A DNA stretch of 64,000 bases. It comes from Malacoraja senta (lineage: Eukaryota). Below are positions 24,805 to 38,282 of the stretch, piece by piece. How positions within the stretch are numbered: the first letter of the stretch is position 1; each line of letters begins with the position of its first letter. The notes below the pieces were generated by a model. That model did no database searches. It saw only the letters and a list, made by a program, of their open reading frames with translations, and was not told the DNA's origin. The position numbers and the translations under genes were made by a program. The stretch lies in the NCBI GenBank assembly GCA_038087875.1, contig CM075977.1, positions 271,188,001-271,252,000 of the forward strand, read 5' to 3'.

Positions 24805-25055
24805 TGTAGGAGAGGACTGCAGATTCTGGTTTAAACCGAAGATAGACACAAAATGCTGGAGTAACAGCGGGAAAGGCAACACCTCTGGAGAGAAGGAATG
24901 GGTGACATTTCGGGTCGGGACCCTTCTTCAGACTAGTCAGGGGGAAAGGGAAACGAGAGATATAGATGGTGATGTAGAGAGATAGAGAACAAATGAATGA
25001 ATGCTATGCAAAAAAAGTAATGCTGATAAAGGAAACAGGCCATTGCTAGCTGTTT
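24805..25055 (-). mobile_element. Penelope-derived terminal fragment
   Basis: Antisense pLTR plus purine-rich upstream segment. Confidence 0.75.
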
Positions 25056-25600
25056 ATTTTTGTTTTGGTTTCTTTCACACAAATCTTTTCTTCCTTTCTG
25101 ATGTTTCTTGATAATATAGACGTTGGCAATGAATACAGCACTCACGTGTCCTCAGAGCAAGGGTCCATTTAAGTGTTTCAATTATATTTTGGTGAAAATA
25201 AATCTTGATATGGGTTTGCATTTATCCCACTATTAACCAAAGTTGGCAATTTCTGATGTAAGGTCCTTGACCTGAAACATTACGGCTCTTTCTCCCTCCA
25301 CAGGTGCTTCCTGACCTACTGAGTAGTTCCAGCATTTTCTGTTTTCATTTGGTAACTTTCATGATTTGTGTATCCTTTACCTCTGCACCCTTTTATATTT
25401 CCACCAACCAACAAAACGTGGTTTCTTTATTTTTGCACCCAAAGTGCACCAATTCACTCGTAACTAGATTGAATTTAATTTGCAAGTTCTATTTGAAAGA
25501 ATTCAACAAAAGATAGAAAAACTACATGAATGCCTTCCATCGTTTTGCCGAATCCTACATTGCTAGAATTGTAGCACAATAAGAGACCCTTCAGCACACT

Positions 25601-25836
25601 ATTTAGTCAGAGGGTTGTGATTCTGTGGAATTCTTTGCCACAGAGGGCTGTGGAGGCCAAGTCAGTGGATATTTTTAAGGCAGAGATAGATAGATTCTTG
25701 ATTAGTACAGGTGTCAGGGGTTATGGGGAGAAGGCAGGAGAATGGGGTTAGGAGGGAGAGATAGATCAGCCATGATTGAATGACGGAATAGACTTGATGG
25801 GCCAAATGGCCTAATTCTACTCCTCTCCCTTATGAC
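25601..25836 (+). mobile_element. CR1 LINE 3' end
   Basis: agtcagagggttgtgattctgtggaatt...gggccaaatggcctaattct. Confidence 0.85.
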
Positions 25837-25839
25837 ATA

Positions 25840-27100
25840 ACAATGTCTGCAATGGACCTGATTCTGTTAAACTAATCTCCTCCGCCAGCCTGTGATCTAT
25901 ATTCCTCAATTCCCCGCCTCTAAATGTGCCTATCCAAAAGCCTCTTGAATGCCACTCTCATTTCTGTCTCCACCGCCCTGTCAGCATGTTCCAGGTACCA
26001 CCACTCACTATGGACTAAATATACCCTGCATATCTGCTTTAAACCTTGCCCCTCTCACCTTAAAGCTACGTCCTCTGGTCTTTGACATTTCCACGCTGGG
26101 AGAAAGTGTCTGACTATCGACTCTATCTATGCCTCTCATAATTTTATACACCTCTATCAGGTCCCCTCAGCCTCTAATGTTCCAGGGAAAACAATCAAAG
26201 ATTGTCCACCCTCTCCTTATGGCTAATACCTTCTCATTCAGGCAGCATTTTGATAAACGTCTTCTACAGCCGCTCTGAAGCCTCCACGTTCATCATATTA
26301 AGGGGCAAACAGAACGGCACACAATACTCCAAATGCGGCACACCATACATCTTCTATACCACTCTATCTACTTGCTTAGCCACTTTCAGGAAACTGTGAA
26401 CTTGGACCCCCAGATCCCTCTGCATATCTATGCTGTATGGATTTTTGCCATCAACTGTATACCTTCCCCTTACTGCTCAAAGCGCAACACCTCACACGTG
26501 CAGATTAAACTCCATCTGCCACTTCTCTACCCATTTTTGTAGTTGATCTCCATCCTGCTGCATACTTTGACAGCCTTCCTCACTCTCTGCAACTCCAGCA
26601 ATCTTGATGGCATTTGTGAACTCACTAACCAACCTTCTTCTCTTCTTCTTCTTGCGAATGAAACATAAACCAAAGGAATAGTTAGATCTCAAGCCGTGTG
26701 TTGAGCAGCCAGGTTGTTGTCTCTGCGTCAATGTCTGCCAGGCCCTGAGCTCCATTTGGTGGGTGGTAAAGCGGGCACCCAGAGATGACATGGTTGGCTG
26801 TCTGTTGTTCTGCTCCTCATTCACAGGATGGGCTCTGGCAGAGTCCCCATCTCCACATACTGGCATTGAAACGCCCAACTCCAGTACGAAGACTGTTGAG
26901 CTTCACCCATGCTCCTCTGGGGAGGTCGGACCCGGGACAGCTTTTATCTGGTGAACTGATCCATCCATCTACATTGCTACCCAACCTCCAGACAGAATAA
27001 TGCCCTTCCGTCATAAAGTTCTGTCTTCCATGAGTAAGCCAGTTCTGAATCCAAATGACCTAGCAACTATGAATACCGTGCATCTTAATCTTCTGAAAAT
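25840..27100 (-). mobile_element. CR1 LINE fragment interrupted by an RTE-like 3' fragment (about 26635-26965)
   Basis: SEFTNAIKIAGVAESEEGCQSMQQDGDQLQKWVEKWQMEFN; insert bounded by a (ttc)n tract. Confidence 0.7.
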
Positions 27101-28353
27101 TCTAAACACACTGTGTATTCCACGCAGCCCTGCTGCTCCCATAATGGACAGGGTAAGAACTTGCCAGGGAAGACCCGATAGATTTCTAGTTCATCGCCTT
27201 AACCACTATGTCACGACTATCAATTTGTTATGATTTCACATACTGATACGAAGGCCTCTCTTTTTGACGTTGTACACTATTATTTTGTGGTACATGTGAT
27301 AAACTAATTAACATTGTTGAGGATGTCAAAATTATTATTGGTATATTTTTCTGCTCCATAAAGTTTGGTTGAAATAATTATTTTACCGCCGCAGTAGTTT
27401 TATTTTTATTTTCAGGGACAACACGAGCATGATGAAAAATGAAGAGTACATCTTGGAGAGTGATACCTAATGTGTCAATTGGTTAAATTGCTACCTGACT
27501 AAAATGTAGACAAATTATGTTTTTATCGTGCTTGATCTCTTTTCTTTGAAGTCAATATTATAAGTGGATAATATTTGCTTCTTCACATTATCACTCGGGT
27601 TACATTTCACTAATTCACCAGTTTTTGTCCAAAGCAATTCACTTGGCATTGCAACATTTAAATGAAGCCACCACCTGAAAATAGGCAAGGAAATAGGTCT
27701 CAGGAGCTAATGGCAGCAGATCAAAATTTGCAGCAACCGAAGAATAGTAAATCAATAAAGCTATTGAAAAAGTGCCTCAGCATTAAAGTCGTATAGAGAA
27801 GAACACTTCATTTTGGAATCTATTTGATTTTTTTTCATTGGAATTTAATGAGCAGAAAATCAGATTGATTCTACAGTGATGGATCTGTTTTGCCCATGTG
27901 TTAAAGATGAAAATGTATCTGAAATTGGTTTTGAATTTTCCCTATTATTTTTATTCATTTTGGGGCCCATCCTCCCTTTAGCTACTTTTTGTCTCAGCAA
28001 AATATATTTTCTTGGGGAGGATATCTCATGGCTGCAGTGAACAGAAATGCAACCCTACTGTATGTGGGTTCTATGTGGTAGTGCTTATGATCAGTTCTGA
28101 GGGGTTATTTCCATCTTCACCATGCTGCCTGATTTACTGAGTATTCCCGCTTTTTTTGTTTTTTTTATTATGGAATTAATTTCTGTTGGACATTTTTTAA
28201 ACAAGTCAAAGTTTGTCCGTGCTGGACTTAGAGCTTCCCCTTATTAGTAAAATATATGATACTTTAGTGAAGGCCAGTGGAAAATATACAGTGCCCATCT
28301 TGGTGCTCCTCTGATACTGGAACCAAGTTGAATAATATATTTTTGACTGGTTA

Positions 28354-28708
28354 TGGCCCTGTCTCACGGTGCGAGTCCACCCACGAGTGATCCCGCAGTT
28401 TAAAACAAATCAAACTCGTGGTAATCACGTAGAATTAACGTAGCGGGAACGTCGGAACTCGTAACACTAACGGCAGGTACTCGCGAAACTTGTTAACTCG
28501 TGAAAATCTTTCAACATGATGAAAGATTTCCACGAGTCAAATTTACTCTTGAAGTAAAAATGTTAAACTTTTAAACTCGTTGTAAGAACGTAGTAGCCCG
28601 TGAATTTACCGTAGTGACTCGTGAGTCTACCGTGGGCACTCTTTAACTCAGCGGGACAGGCAGCATCGCTGGAGAGAAGGAATGGGTGACGGGATGACGT
28701 TTATAAAA
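28354..28708 (+). mobile_element. Left end of a PIF/Harbinger-type element, same family as 43409-46181
   Basis: TTA + tggccctgtctcacggtgcgag; colinear with 43409 to about 43780; no right TIR found. Confidence 0.85.
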
Positions 28709-29049
28709 TTCTGCTGCGTCTTTGTGTCACTCCAGCATTGTGTGTTTACTATTTTCAACCAGTATCTGCCCTTTCTTGTTAACGACATTAGTTGTATCCG
28801 TTGCAGTTGATTGTCACTCCCTTCAGTTTCCCAGGGGGTTGGGACGGGGGGTGGGGGGGGGGGGGAGATGCTGCCTAGTGACACCATTTTCCACTGTAAG
28901 CTAGCCCTTGGGGTGTGGTTAATGGCAAAAAGAATGTCTAAAGGCAGTTGATGAGCCTGAGTGAGAAAGGACCAGTTGTAAGGATACAGAGAAATGAGGA
29001 GAGAGGGATTGGGACCCATTGGCCTGATGAGCAGGTCAATTTCTGGACT

Positions 29050-30090
29050 GGCCTATAGAATAAATAGCAGGGACCTTTGGAATGTTGTTGTACAGAGAGA
29101 GCTTGAGATGCACGTCCATAGCTTCCTGAAATTGATGACATGGGAGGAAGGGGTAGTGAAGAAGGCATTTAAGCTTTTCTTCATAGGTCAAGGCTGTGTA
29201 TAAGAGTTGGGATGGCATGTCACATCTGCAAAAAACATTGGCTGAGCCACATTGTATGCAGTTCTGGATGCTACATTACAGAAAGAATATGATAGCTTTC
29301 ATGAGAATGTAGAAGAGATTCACCAAAATGTTGCTTGGAGTGGAGGGCTATAGTTATCACTGGAGACTAGATAGACTTGGTTTATCACTTTGGAATGTGG
29401 AAGACTGAGGGGAAGCCCTGTAGAGCTTTGTACAATTATAATAGGCATAGATAGGATGGTCACTTTTTATTCCCCCAAGGACATGGATGTAGAGAACAAG
29501 AGGGCACAGGTTTAAGGTGAATGGGGAGAATATAAAAGCGATCTGAGGGGTAGGTTTCTCACATAGAGGGTGCTGGTTATATGAAACAAGTTGCCAGAAG
29601 AGCTGGTAGAGGCAGATACATTTACAAAGGGCAGTTTAGTTTAGTTTAATTTAGAGATACAGCGCGGAAACAGGACCTTCGTCCCGCCGAGTCTGCACCG
29701 ACCAATGATCCCCGCACATTTACACAAGCCTACACACACTAGGGATAATATACACTTATATACACGTATAAAAACCCAGCCAATTAACCTACAAACCTGA
29801 GTGTGGGAGGAAACCGAAGATCTCGGAGAAAACCCACGCGGTCACAGGGAGAACGTACAAACTCTGTACAGACAGCACCCATAGTCAGGGTCGAATCCGG
29901 GTCTCCGGCGCTGCAAGCGCTGTAGGGCAGCACCTCTACCGCTGCGCCACTGTGTAATCTTGAACCGTTGAACAGATACTTATATAGAAAAGGCTTGGAA
30001 AGATACATTGGATTAGTGTAGATAGGCATCACAGTCAGCATGGATGAGGGACTGGAAAGCTCAATTTCTGTGCTGTATGATTCTATGAAC
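29050..30090 (+). mobile_element. Old CR1 3' fragment with nested SINE
   Basis: CR1 ORF2 C-terminal motifs on both sides of the SINE at 29635-29952. Confidence 0.7.
29635..29952 (-). mobile_element. tRNA-derived SINE (HE1/V-SINE-like)
   Basis: Reverse complement of the 14793-type SINE; (gttta)n tail complement. Confidence 0.88.
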
Positions 30091-30181
30091 TTTCCAATAA
30101 ATGAGTCATCTCAGCTCCCTGTTGGGACTCGCATCTTTGTAGAAGCCGATCTTCAACTAATCCAATTCACGATTTTGGTCA

Positions 30182-30545
30182 AAAATGGCTAAGATCATGA
30201 TGGGAATAGGTAGGGTGAATGACTGGAGACTTTTAGGCAGGGTTGGGACATCAAGAACCAGAGGGCATATGTTTAAGGTGAGAGGGACAAGATTTAATAG
30301 GAACCCAAAGGGCAACCTTTTCACTCAGAAGGTGGTGGGTATATGGAACAAGGTGCCAAGGTGCCAGTTGAGGCAGGTACTGATACAGCATTTAAAATAC
30401 CCTTGGACAGGTACATGGATAAGAATGGTTTAATGGGATATGGGCCAAATGCAGGCAAATGGGACTAGCTTAGAAGGGGCATTTTGGTCGGCATGGATGT
30501 GTTGGGCTGAAGTGCCTGTTTCAGTATTATATGACTATGACTCTG
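30182..30545 (+). mobile_element. CR1 LINE 3' fragment
   Basis: SRTRGHMFKVRGTRFNRNPKGNLFTQKVVGIWNK; (atgact)n tail. Confidence 0.85.
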
Positions 30546-31116
30546 AGCAGGAAGAGCTGCAAAAGCTATTGGTAAAATCAGTGTTTTACTAAAGACCTGT
30601 AATCCAGAATCATGTCCCAAGCTTAACTGCCCTAGTACAGGTACAACGCTAGCATCTATCTTGCAATGTGGAAAATTGCCTGGTAGATCATCTTCCCAAA
30701 AGTAGGAAAAATCCAATCTGGCTAATTACTATCTAATCGGTCCATGGTCAATCATCAATAGGGTGAAGAAGAATATTGTCACAGAACTATCAACAACAGC
30801 TTACTCACCAGCAGCCTGCTCATCGATATCTAAATCAGATTTCACCATGACCTCTTAATACCACACGTTATCACAGGTTTAGTTCAAATTAGGACCATAA
30901 AGCAGAATTCCAGATCCGTGGAAAAACTGATTGGCCTCGCCGTCAAAGTAGCATTTAAGCAAATGTGCTATCAAGGAGCCCTGATAATACCAAGTCAATA
31001 GAAAATTTTAAAAAATCACTCCAATAGTTTGAATCGTACTTGGCACCAAGGAAGCTAGTTACGGTTGTTGGACATCAATCATTCCAGCCCCAGGATAGCA
31101 TGGCACGTGTTCCACT

Positions 31117-31986
31117 AGGGGCGCCACATTGACGGCAGCCTCTGCCTACAGCCTGTTTGTCTTTCAATCTTTTTATTTATTTTTAGTTAGTTTAAAGTCT
31201 GTTTTGGGGGGAATCTTTGACTTTTCTATGTGGGGGAGGGGGGCAGGGTAAGGGGGAAACTGTTTCCCAGTCGCTTCCTGGCGGGGACGTGACTATTTCT
31301 CCGAGTCGCGTCCTCGCCCCCCTCCTCGCGGCCTACCACCTGGATCGGAGCAGCCTTTCCTGCCGGGGACCGGGAACTGGACCAGAGCTACAACAGCAGC
31401 GGCGCAGCGCTGAATTCACCGCGGAGCGGGCGATGCCTACCTGGATCGCTGTTTGGAGCTCCGGAGCGTTGGGCTGCTGCTCCAACATCGTGGAGCTGCG
31501 GTTTGGGAGAGCTTCCAACGCGGGCGGCGCTGACCGTCATCGCGGAGTCCTGGGGCCCTTTGCCGAGGGCCGCCAGCATTGCATCTCTGCCCAGCGTGGC
31601 CTGCAGACTTTGGGAGCCGCGGACTCCAGTAGGAGGTGGCCGACTCTGATGTCCAGGCCGCTGAGGAGGTCCCCCAGCCCCGACGTCGGACTTACATCAC
31701 CCCGGCTAGAGGGCCTGAACATCGGGCCGCCCGTAGCGGCGACTGCGGAGGGCTCGGGGAGGCCCCGACCACGGGTGAACATTGGGGAACATTAGAGGAA
31801 GAGGACTGACTTGGTGCCTTCCCTCACAGTGGGAAACTTTTGATTCTGCTGTGTGGGGATGTTTTTTATGTTGAACTCTATCGTGTGTGGTGTTCTTTAT
31901 TTTTATTGTATGGCTGTATGGTGAAGACACATTTCACTGTGCCAACTGGCACATGTGACAAATAAATGTATCTTGTATCTTGTATC
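31117..31986 (+). mobile_element. Unclassified non-coding retroposon with CpG-rich core and Rex1-like 3' tail
   Basis: Ends tttcactgtgcc...catgtgacaaataaa(tgtatct)n; interrupts an old LINE PQGS motif (gtgttc..|..ctcaggacagtatcc). Confidence 0.6.
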
Positions 31987-32704
31987 CTCAGGACAGTATC
32001 CTTTGTTCAACCCTCTTCAGCTACTTCATTCCATCATAAGGTCAGAAGTGGAGAAGTTCTCTGGTAATTGCACAAAACCCAATCCATTTATAACACTTCA
32101 GCACATGAAGCAATCCATGCCTGCATGAGGCAAGATATGGGCAAAATTCAGGCATTGACTGATAGGGTAGTATTTGTGCCGCAGAAGTGCCAGGCAATGA
32201 CACTTTTAAAGCTGAATTCTCCTTTATCAATATCCTGAAGGTCACTATTGAATAGAAAGACACATGGACCTGTCACATAAATACCATGGCTACAAGTGCT
32301 GGTTAGATATTAGGTACAGTATCTCAGCCAGGACCCCTGCACTTTCTTCCTTAGGTTCCCACAGTATTCTAGGATATGACTGATCAAGTCCAGGTTATTT
32401 ATCTCCCCATACATGCCTTATGACACCCAGTCTTTCTCCCGGATCAAAAAACAGGAGAACTTTGCCCATTTGGATCAATTGTAATCATATTGTCTTTCTG
32501 CTAGCTGGTTAGCACGCAACTAAAGCTTTTCAATGTACCTGGGTACATGTGACAATAAACTAAACTGATCTTGTCGCCTGTGGCTCCAAACATAAGTGCC
32601 CGCATTGGTCCTTCAGGAAGCCTATTTTCTATATAGTTACCATTTTCCCATAATATATTAAAACTTTTTGGATTTTACTTTTTCTTTTCTGCCTATCATA
32701 CATA

Positions 32705-33157
32705 AGAATGATCCCAGGAATGACTAGGTTAACCTATGATGAGAATTTGTCAGCACTGGGCCTGTATTCGCAGGAGTTTAGAAGAATATGGGGGACCTCA
32801 TTGGAACATATAGAATAGTGAAAGGCTTGGATAGAGTGGATGTGGAGAGGATGTTTCCACTAGTGGGAGAGTCTCGGACTAGAGGTCATAGCCTCAGATT
32901 TAAAGGACATTCTTTTAGAGACATTTTTTTGTCAGAGGGTGGTGAATCTGTGGAATTATTTGCCACAGAAGGCTGTGGAGGTCAAGTCAGTGGATATGTT
33001 TAAGGCAGAGATAGACAGATTCTTGATTAGTATGGGTGTCGGAGGTTATGGGGAGAAGGCAGGAGAATGGGGTAAGGAGGGAGAGATAGTTCAGGCATGA
33101 TTGAATGGCGGAGAAGACCTGATGACCTAATACTACTGCTATTCCTTATGACCTTAT
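32705..33157 (+). mobile_element. CR1 LINE 3' fragment
   Basis: GDLIGTYRIVKGLDRVDVERMFPLVGESRTRGHSL. Confidence 0.9.
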
Positions 33158-33452
33158 ATATTTCCCCCTTTTGACCTCTGGATTTCCTTCTTACGACTAC
33201 ACCTGCAATCCTTTGTACTTCTCCAAGGATTCACTTGATCTCAGATTCTTGTGGCTGACCAAAGCCTCGTTTTATTTTTCTGACCAGAGTCTCAATATAA
33301 TTTGTCATCCAGGGGTTCCTGATTGCTGCTGGCCTTGCCCTTCACTGGAAGAGGAACATTCAGACCTTTACCTCCCACTATTTCACTTTTAAAAGCTTCT
33401 GACTTACTCTCCTCCATACTTTGCTCTTGCCATCACTCTGAAATAAATTAAT

Positions 33453-34275
33453 CTACGTCTCATCTGGCCACAAGACCTTTTTCCAGATCTGTGGTTGCTC
33501 TTTTAAGTACTTCTTGGCAAACTGTAACCTGGCCATTCTATTTTTGCAGCTAACCAGTGGTTTGCATCTTGCAGTGTAGCCTCTGTATTTCTGTTCATGA
33601 AGTCTTCTGCGGACAGTGGTCATTGGCAAATCCACACCTGACTCCTGAAGAGTGTTTCGGATTTGTCGGACAGGTGTTTGGGGATTTTTTCTTTATTTTA
33701 GAAAGAATTCTTCTGTCATCAGCTGTGGATGTCTTCCTTGGCCTTCCAGTCCCTTTGCGATTAGTCAGCTCACCTGTGCTCTCTTTCTTCTTCATGATGA
33801 TCCAAACAGTTGATTTTGCTAAGTCTAAAGTTTGGCTGATGTCTCTAACAGTTTTATTCTTGTTTCTCAGCCTCATAATGGCTTCTTTGACTTTCATTGG
33901 CACAACTTTGGTCCTCATGTTGATAAACAACAATAAAAGTTTCCAAAGGTGATGGAAAGACTGGAGGAAAGACTAAGTGCTGAGAGCTCTGTTATACCTG
34001 CATTAAAGAGGGAATTAAACACACCTAAGCAATTACAAATGCCTGTGAAGCCATGTGTCCCAAACATTATAGTGCCCTGAAATGGGGGGACTATGTATAA
34101 ACACAGCTGTAATTTCTACATGGTGAAACCAAAATGTATAAAAATGGCCTTTAATAAAATCTGACAATGTGCACTTTAACCACGTGATTTTTTCTATTAC
34201 ATATCTCAAATTGTGGAGTACAGAGGAAAATGAATAAATTATGGGTCTCTGTCCCAAACATTATGGAGGGCACTG
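33453..34275 (-). mobile_element. Tc1/mariner transposon, 5' half (IR/DR type), truncated
   Basis: Terminus cagtgccctccataatgtttgggaca next to TA (34276-34277); inner direct repeat at about 34056-34078; transposase N-terminus with HTH, GRPRKTS, ARCKPL, RLQFAKKY, VLWPDET; frameshifted. Confidence 0.92.
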
Positions 34276-35744
34276 TACATGTGCCAAGCGACTCGCCTCC
34301 TGACACTCAATCCCTTTCTACCATCTACAAGTCAGCAGTATGTTGGATACCTTTCTACTTGCTTGGATGTGTGCAGATCCAACAACTCTCAAGAAGCTCA
34401 AAACCATCCTGGACACAGCAGCTTGCTTGACTGGCACTTCATTACACATCTTAAGCATGTGTTCCCTCTACCATTGCCATACAGTGGCTGCAGAAACCAT
34501 TTACAAAATGTAGCTCCCAATCTGTGGCCTCTACCGTCATGTAGGATGAAGGCAGCAGATGCATAGGAACATCATCATCTGCAGTATCCCAACCAAGGTG
34601 CAGAGCATGACTAATTGCAAATCGTGAACCTACAGCACCATGGCCCCCTTTCATTGCGGACTGCAGCCACTCTAGAGGCAGAATTCCATTATCTTTTCAT
34701 CCGCTATGGCCAATAACGTTGGGGTTTCCAGCAAAGCCCAATTCACAAAAAGTGAATAAATAAAAACTGACAATTATTGTCATCCCACATTGCCCTTGGG
34801 GATCTAATTTATATCTACATTTTGAACTGTAGCAGTGTTTCTGATCATAATACCTCCACAGTGCTTTAGGGTGAGGAGATCCTGGATTTAAACCAAACAA
34901 TGTTGTTTGGTTTAAATCTGTGTCAAGTCAGGATTGCATGTGGTTTGGGAAACGAACTTGTACATGTGCATGTTTGGTGACAGAGGTCACAGGTTAGTCC
35001 GGTGCTGTTGAGCGAGGTGGAGCAATTCTGCGCTGGTGCTGGAAGAGATGAATATGAGGAGTGATGGATATGTGCGTCAAACAAGATTGAATGCTTTGTC
35101 CTGTATGGTGTTGTTTGAATTGCACTAATCCAGGCAAAATAAAACAAAAACTCTCCATCACATTCCTAATGTGCTTTGTATTTGTACGTAGAACATAAGA
35201 GAACATGAGCTAGAGTAGGCCACTCAACACCTCAAGGCTGCCAGCCACTCAATATCATTATGGCTGTAGAACATCTTAGGGGAGTTGGGAGATGAATCAA
35301 TCACTGCAGGAAACTCAACCCCTGACATTCTTTTTTTAGTTGCAAGTTAACTTTCTGATCATTTATGTGCCCTAAGATATTTATTTTGGAGGGCTTGGTA
35401 ATGATAATGCTGTGGAATGCCAAGGATAGATGGTGACTTGCCTGGTACTTAAATGGTGTGAATGTTACAGATTATGAGCCCTTGTCTGGATGCTGCTTTC
35501 TTGCATTGAGCATTAGCTGCTCAATATCCGAGAAATCGTGATTGGAATTCAGCATTACACAATCATCAATAAATATCAACCTTTGTGGTGGAACACAAGC
35601 CATTGACGAAGCAGTAAAATATGGCCTTGGCTTGGGCACTGCGCTGAGGAACTTCTGCCGAGATGTCCTGGGGCTAATGATTAATCTACAATAACCACAA
35701 TCATTTCTTTTGGGTGAGACATCAATCTAGCCACTGGAATTTAG

Positions 35745-35965
35745 AGTCTGTGGAATTATCTGCCTCAGAGGGCAGTGAGGCCGGTTCTCTGGATACTTTC
35801 AGGAGAGAGCTAGATAGGGCTCTTAAAGATAGCGGAGTCAGGGGATATGGGGAGAAGGCAGGAACGGGGTATTGATTGGGGATGATCAGCCATGATCACA
35901 TTAAATGGCTTTGCTGGCTCGAAGGGCCGAATCCTGCACCCATTGTCTATTGTCTATTGTCTATT
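35745..35965 (+). mobile_element. CR1 LINE 3' end
   Basis: Matches 47590-47810; (tattgtc)n tail. Confidence 0.85.
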
Positions 35966-36489
35966 GGAATGCTTTTCCTTTGACTCCCATTTGCTTCAGT
36001 TTTACCAGTCACTTAATAACAAAGTTGATTTGATGTTGCTTTTATGTCAATGACCCTAACTTGGAATTCATCTCCTGTTTTCTATATGTGGACAAAGGAC
36101 ACACTGGGGCCCAATGGTACAAATAAAATCCAAGTTGAAATCAATGAGTAGGTTATGGCAAGTGACTTGCTTGCTAACTGCACCATCCGCTCTTGACTGT
36201 TGATTGAGAGAACTCAGATGAGTAGGTTAGATGTATACCTTTGTTAAAAAAAATCCAATTTTGTCAGGTGGTTAACAGTGTTGTAACTGAAACAGCATGG
36301 GCAGGATGTTGCCTGGTCCATTACCTTTGCTGCCAACAGCCGGCTCAATTGCTTCTTGAAATCACTTGGAGTAAAACGAATTGTCTGAAGCTCACCTTTC
36401 GCGATCATGGAAACGTCAGGAAGAAACTGCGATGGATCATCAAATTAGCACTTAGGGCTAAAGATGGCTTTGTACTTCAGTCTAGTCTT

Positions 36490-36720
36490 TGTTTAGTTAG
36501 TTGTAGTTTATTGTCATGTGTAATGAGGTACAGTGAATAGCTTTTTGTTGCGTGCTAACCAGTCAGCAAAAAGGCAAAACATGATTACAATCGAACCATT
36601 TACAGTGTATAGATACATGATAAGGAAATAACGTTTAGTGCAAGGTAAATCCAGCATAGTCTGATCAAGGGTAGTCAGAAGGTCATCAAAGAGGTAGATA
36701 CTAGTTCAGCACTGCTCTCT
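36490..36720 (-). mobile_element. Rex1/Babar-like LINE 3' end
   Basis: Colinear with 48302-48510. Confidence 0.75.
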
Positions 36721-37796
36721 GTCACGTTCGTTGCATGGTATAATTGAGGATGGGAATGTTCTTTGTGTCTCCTCCATTTAATTGTTCCCACCATCCCTGA
36801 CTGGGCTTGACAGGATTGCAGATCTTCGATCTGTTGCTGTGAAATTGCTACCGATCAGATGATTCTTTTGTGGTTTATGCACGAATCCTATGTTGAAGAA
36901 ATTGCAGGATATTTTTTTCCCCTTTTTAGGTGGTTTGCTGCTGCTCCAATCTTATCCACCTACATTCCTAATTGCCTTAGGGTTGGTCTCCTGATTTCAC
37001 AATAAAAGTAAATTGAGGGATATGGTCTATTTAGAGTTTACAGATTACATTGCAGTACAAAGTGCTGGAGTAACTCAATGGGTCCGGCACAATCTACGGA
37101 GGGAATAGATAGGTAACGTTTTGGGTCAGGATCCTGCTTAGTGGGAAAGAGAGGTGGGGCAGGAGATTTTGGGTGCCTATCCATTCCCTCCACAGATGCC
37201 ACCTGACCTACTGAGTTACTCCAGAATTTTGTATTCTGCTTTTGCGGGATTGTTTGTAATACTATATAAATTCCTTTTGGTTCATCTAAAAAAATACAAT
37301 TAGAAATATTGGCAGATGAATTTGAACTGGAAAAAGGTTTATTTTCAACGTGCTTATTTATCCATTCCTACAGAAAGAAGCAAGATTTCTCAAAAGATCA
37401 ATGGCAGTGGAAGATAAACATTTACTGGGAATTCATGTCATTTATTACTTTCATTATGCGCTGGCGACAGGAAACTTTCTAAAATGCAAGACTACGCATG
37501 TGATAGTCATGGAAGACTGAGGCAGGGTTGCAAGGCTCTCTTTCTAAAGGAGAATTATCTGAAATGGACATAAAAATGAATGAACCATCCATAAAATGCA
37601 ATGAATGAGTAATCTGACCACTGCTAAATGTGAGAAGGAATTTTTAAAGTGATGTTGGCATGCACTTAAAAGAAACTTGGGCCTTTTTCTGGACCGTCAT
37701 AATTTTTCATGCCCATTTATGGTCCTACAAGTGCCCAGAGGTAGCCACGGATTTTGCTTAGCTTACTTATATGTGTCAATAGGAGGAATACTTCTG

Positions 37797-37923
37797 TGTT
37801 AAAGAAGGAACTGCAGATGCTGGAAAATCGAAGGTACACAAAAATGCTGGAGAAACTCAGCGGGTGCAGCAGCATCTATGGAGCGAAGGAAATAGGTAAC
37901 GTTTCGGGCCAAAACCCTTCTTC
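37797..37923 (-). mobile_element. Short Penelope-derived insertion
   Basis: 16-bp perfect TSD aggaggaatacttctg 37781-37796 / 37924-37939. Confidence 0.9.
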
Positions 37924-38056
37924 AGGAGGAATACTTCTGCTCCTCCGGGCTTCATGATAAATCTGCAGGCATTGCCAACACACTCATTGTATGTTTTGGA
38001 CTCAATTCTGCATTTTTGCTTAGTTTCAACTCTTGACCAGAGTTGGGATACCCTGT

Positions 38057-38184
38057 GGATACAAAGGAACTGCAGACGCTGGTTTACAAAAAAAGGCAGA
38101 AAGTGCTGGAGTAACTCAGTGGGTCAGGCAGCATCCCTAGAGATCATAGATAGGTGACATTTTGGGTTGGGACCCTTCTTCAGA
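38057..38184 (-). mobile_element. Short Penelope-derived insertion
   Basis: 14-bp TSD ttgggataccctgt 38043-38056 / 38185-38198. Confidence 0.85.
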
Positions 38185-38282
38185 TTGGGATACCCTGTTG
38201 GCTACAGTCTTATAGTAGAGAGCCATTTTAACCTTGTCTACCTTATAGTAGAGTCCCACACTCCAAAGATATACAGGTTTGT

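Noticed and set aside
27416-27481. Exon after a strong acceptor (tttattttcag)
   Set aside because: All three frames stop within about 55 nt and there is no convincing donor or homology.
31217-31795. 192-aa GC-rich ORF
   Set aside because: Lies in a GC-rich repeat where several frames are open on both strands; no recognisable domain.
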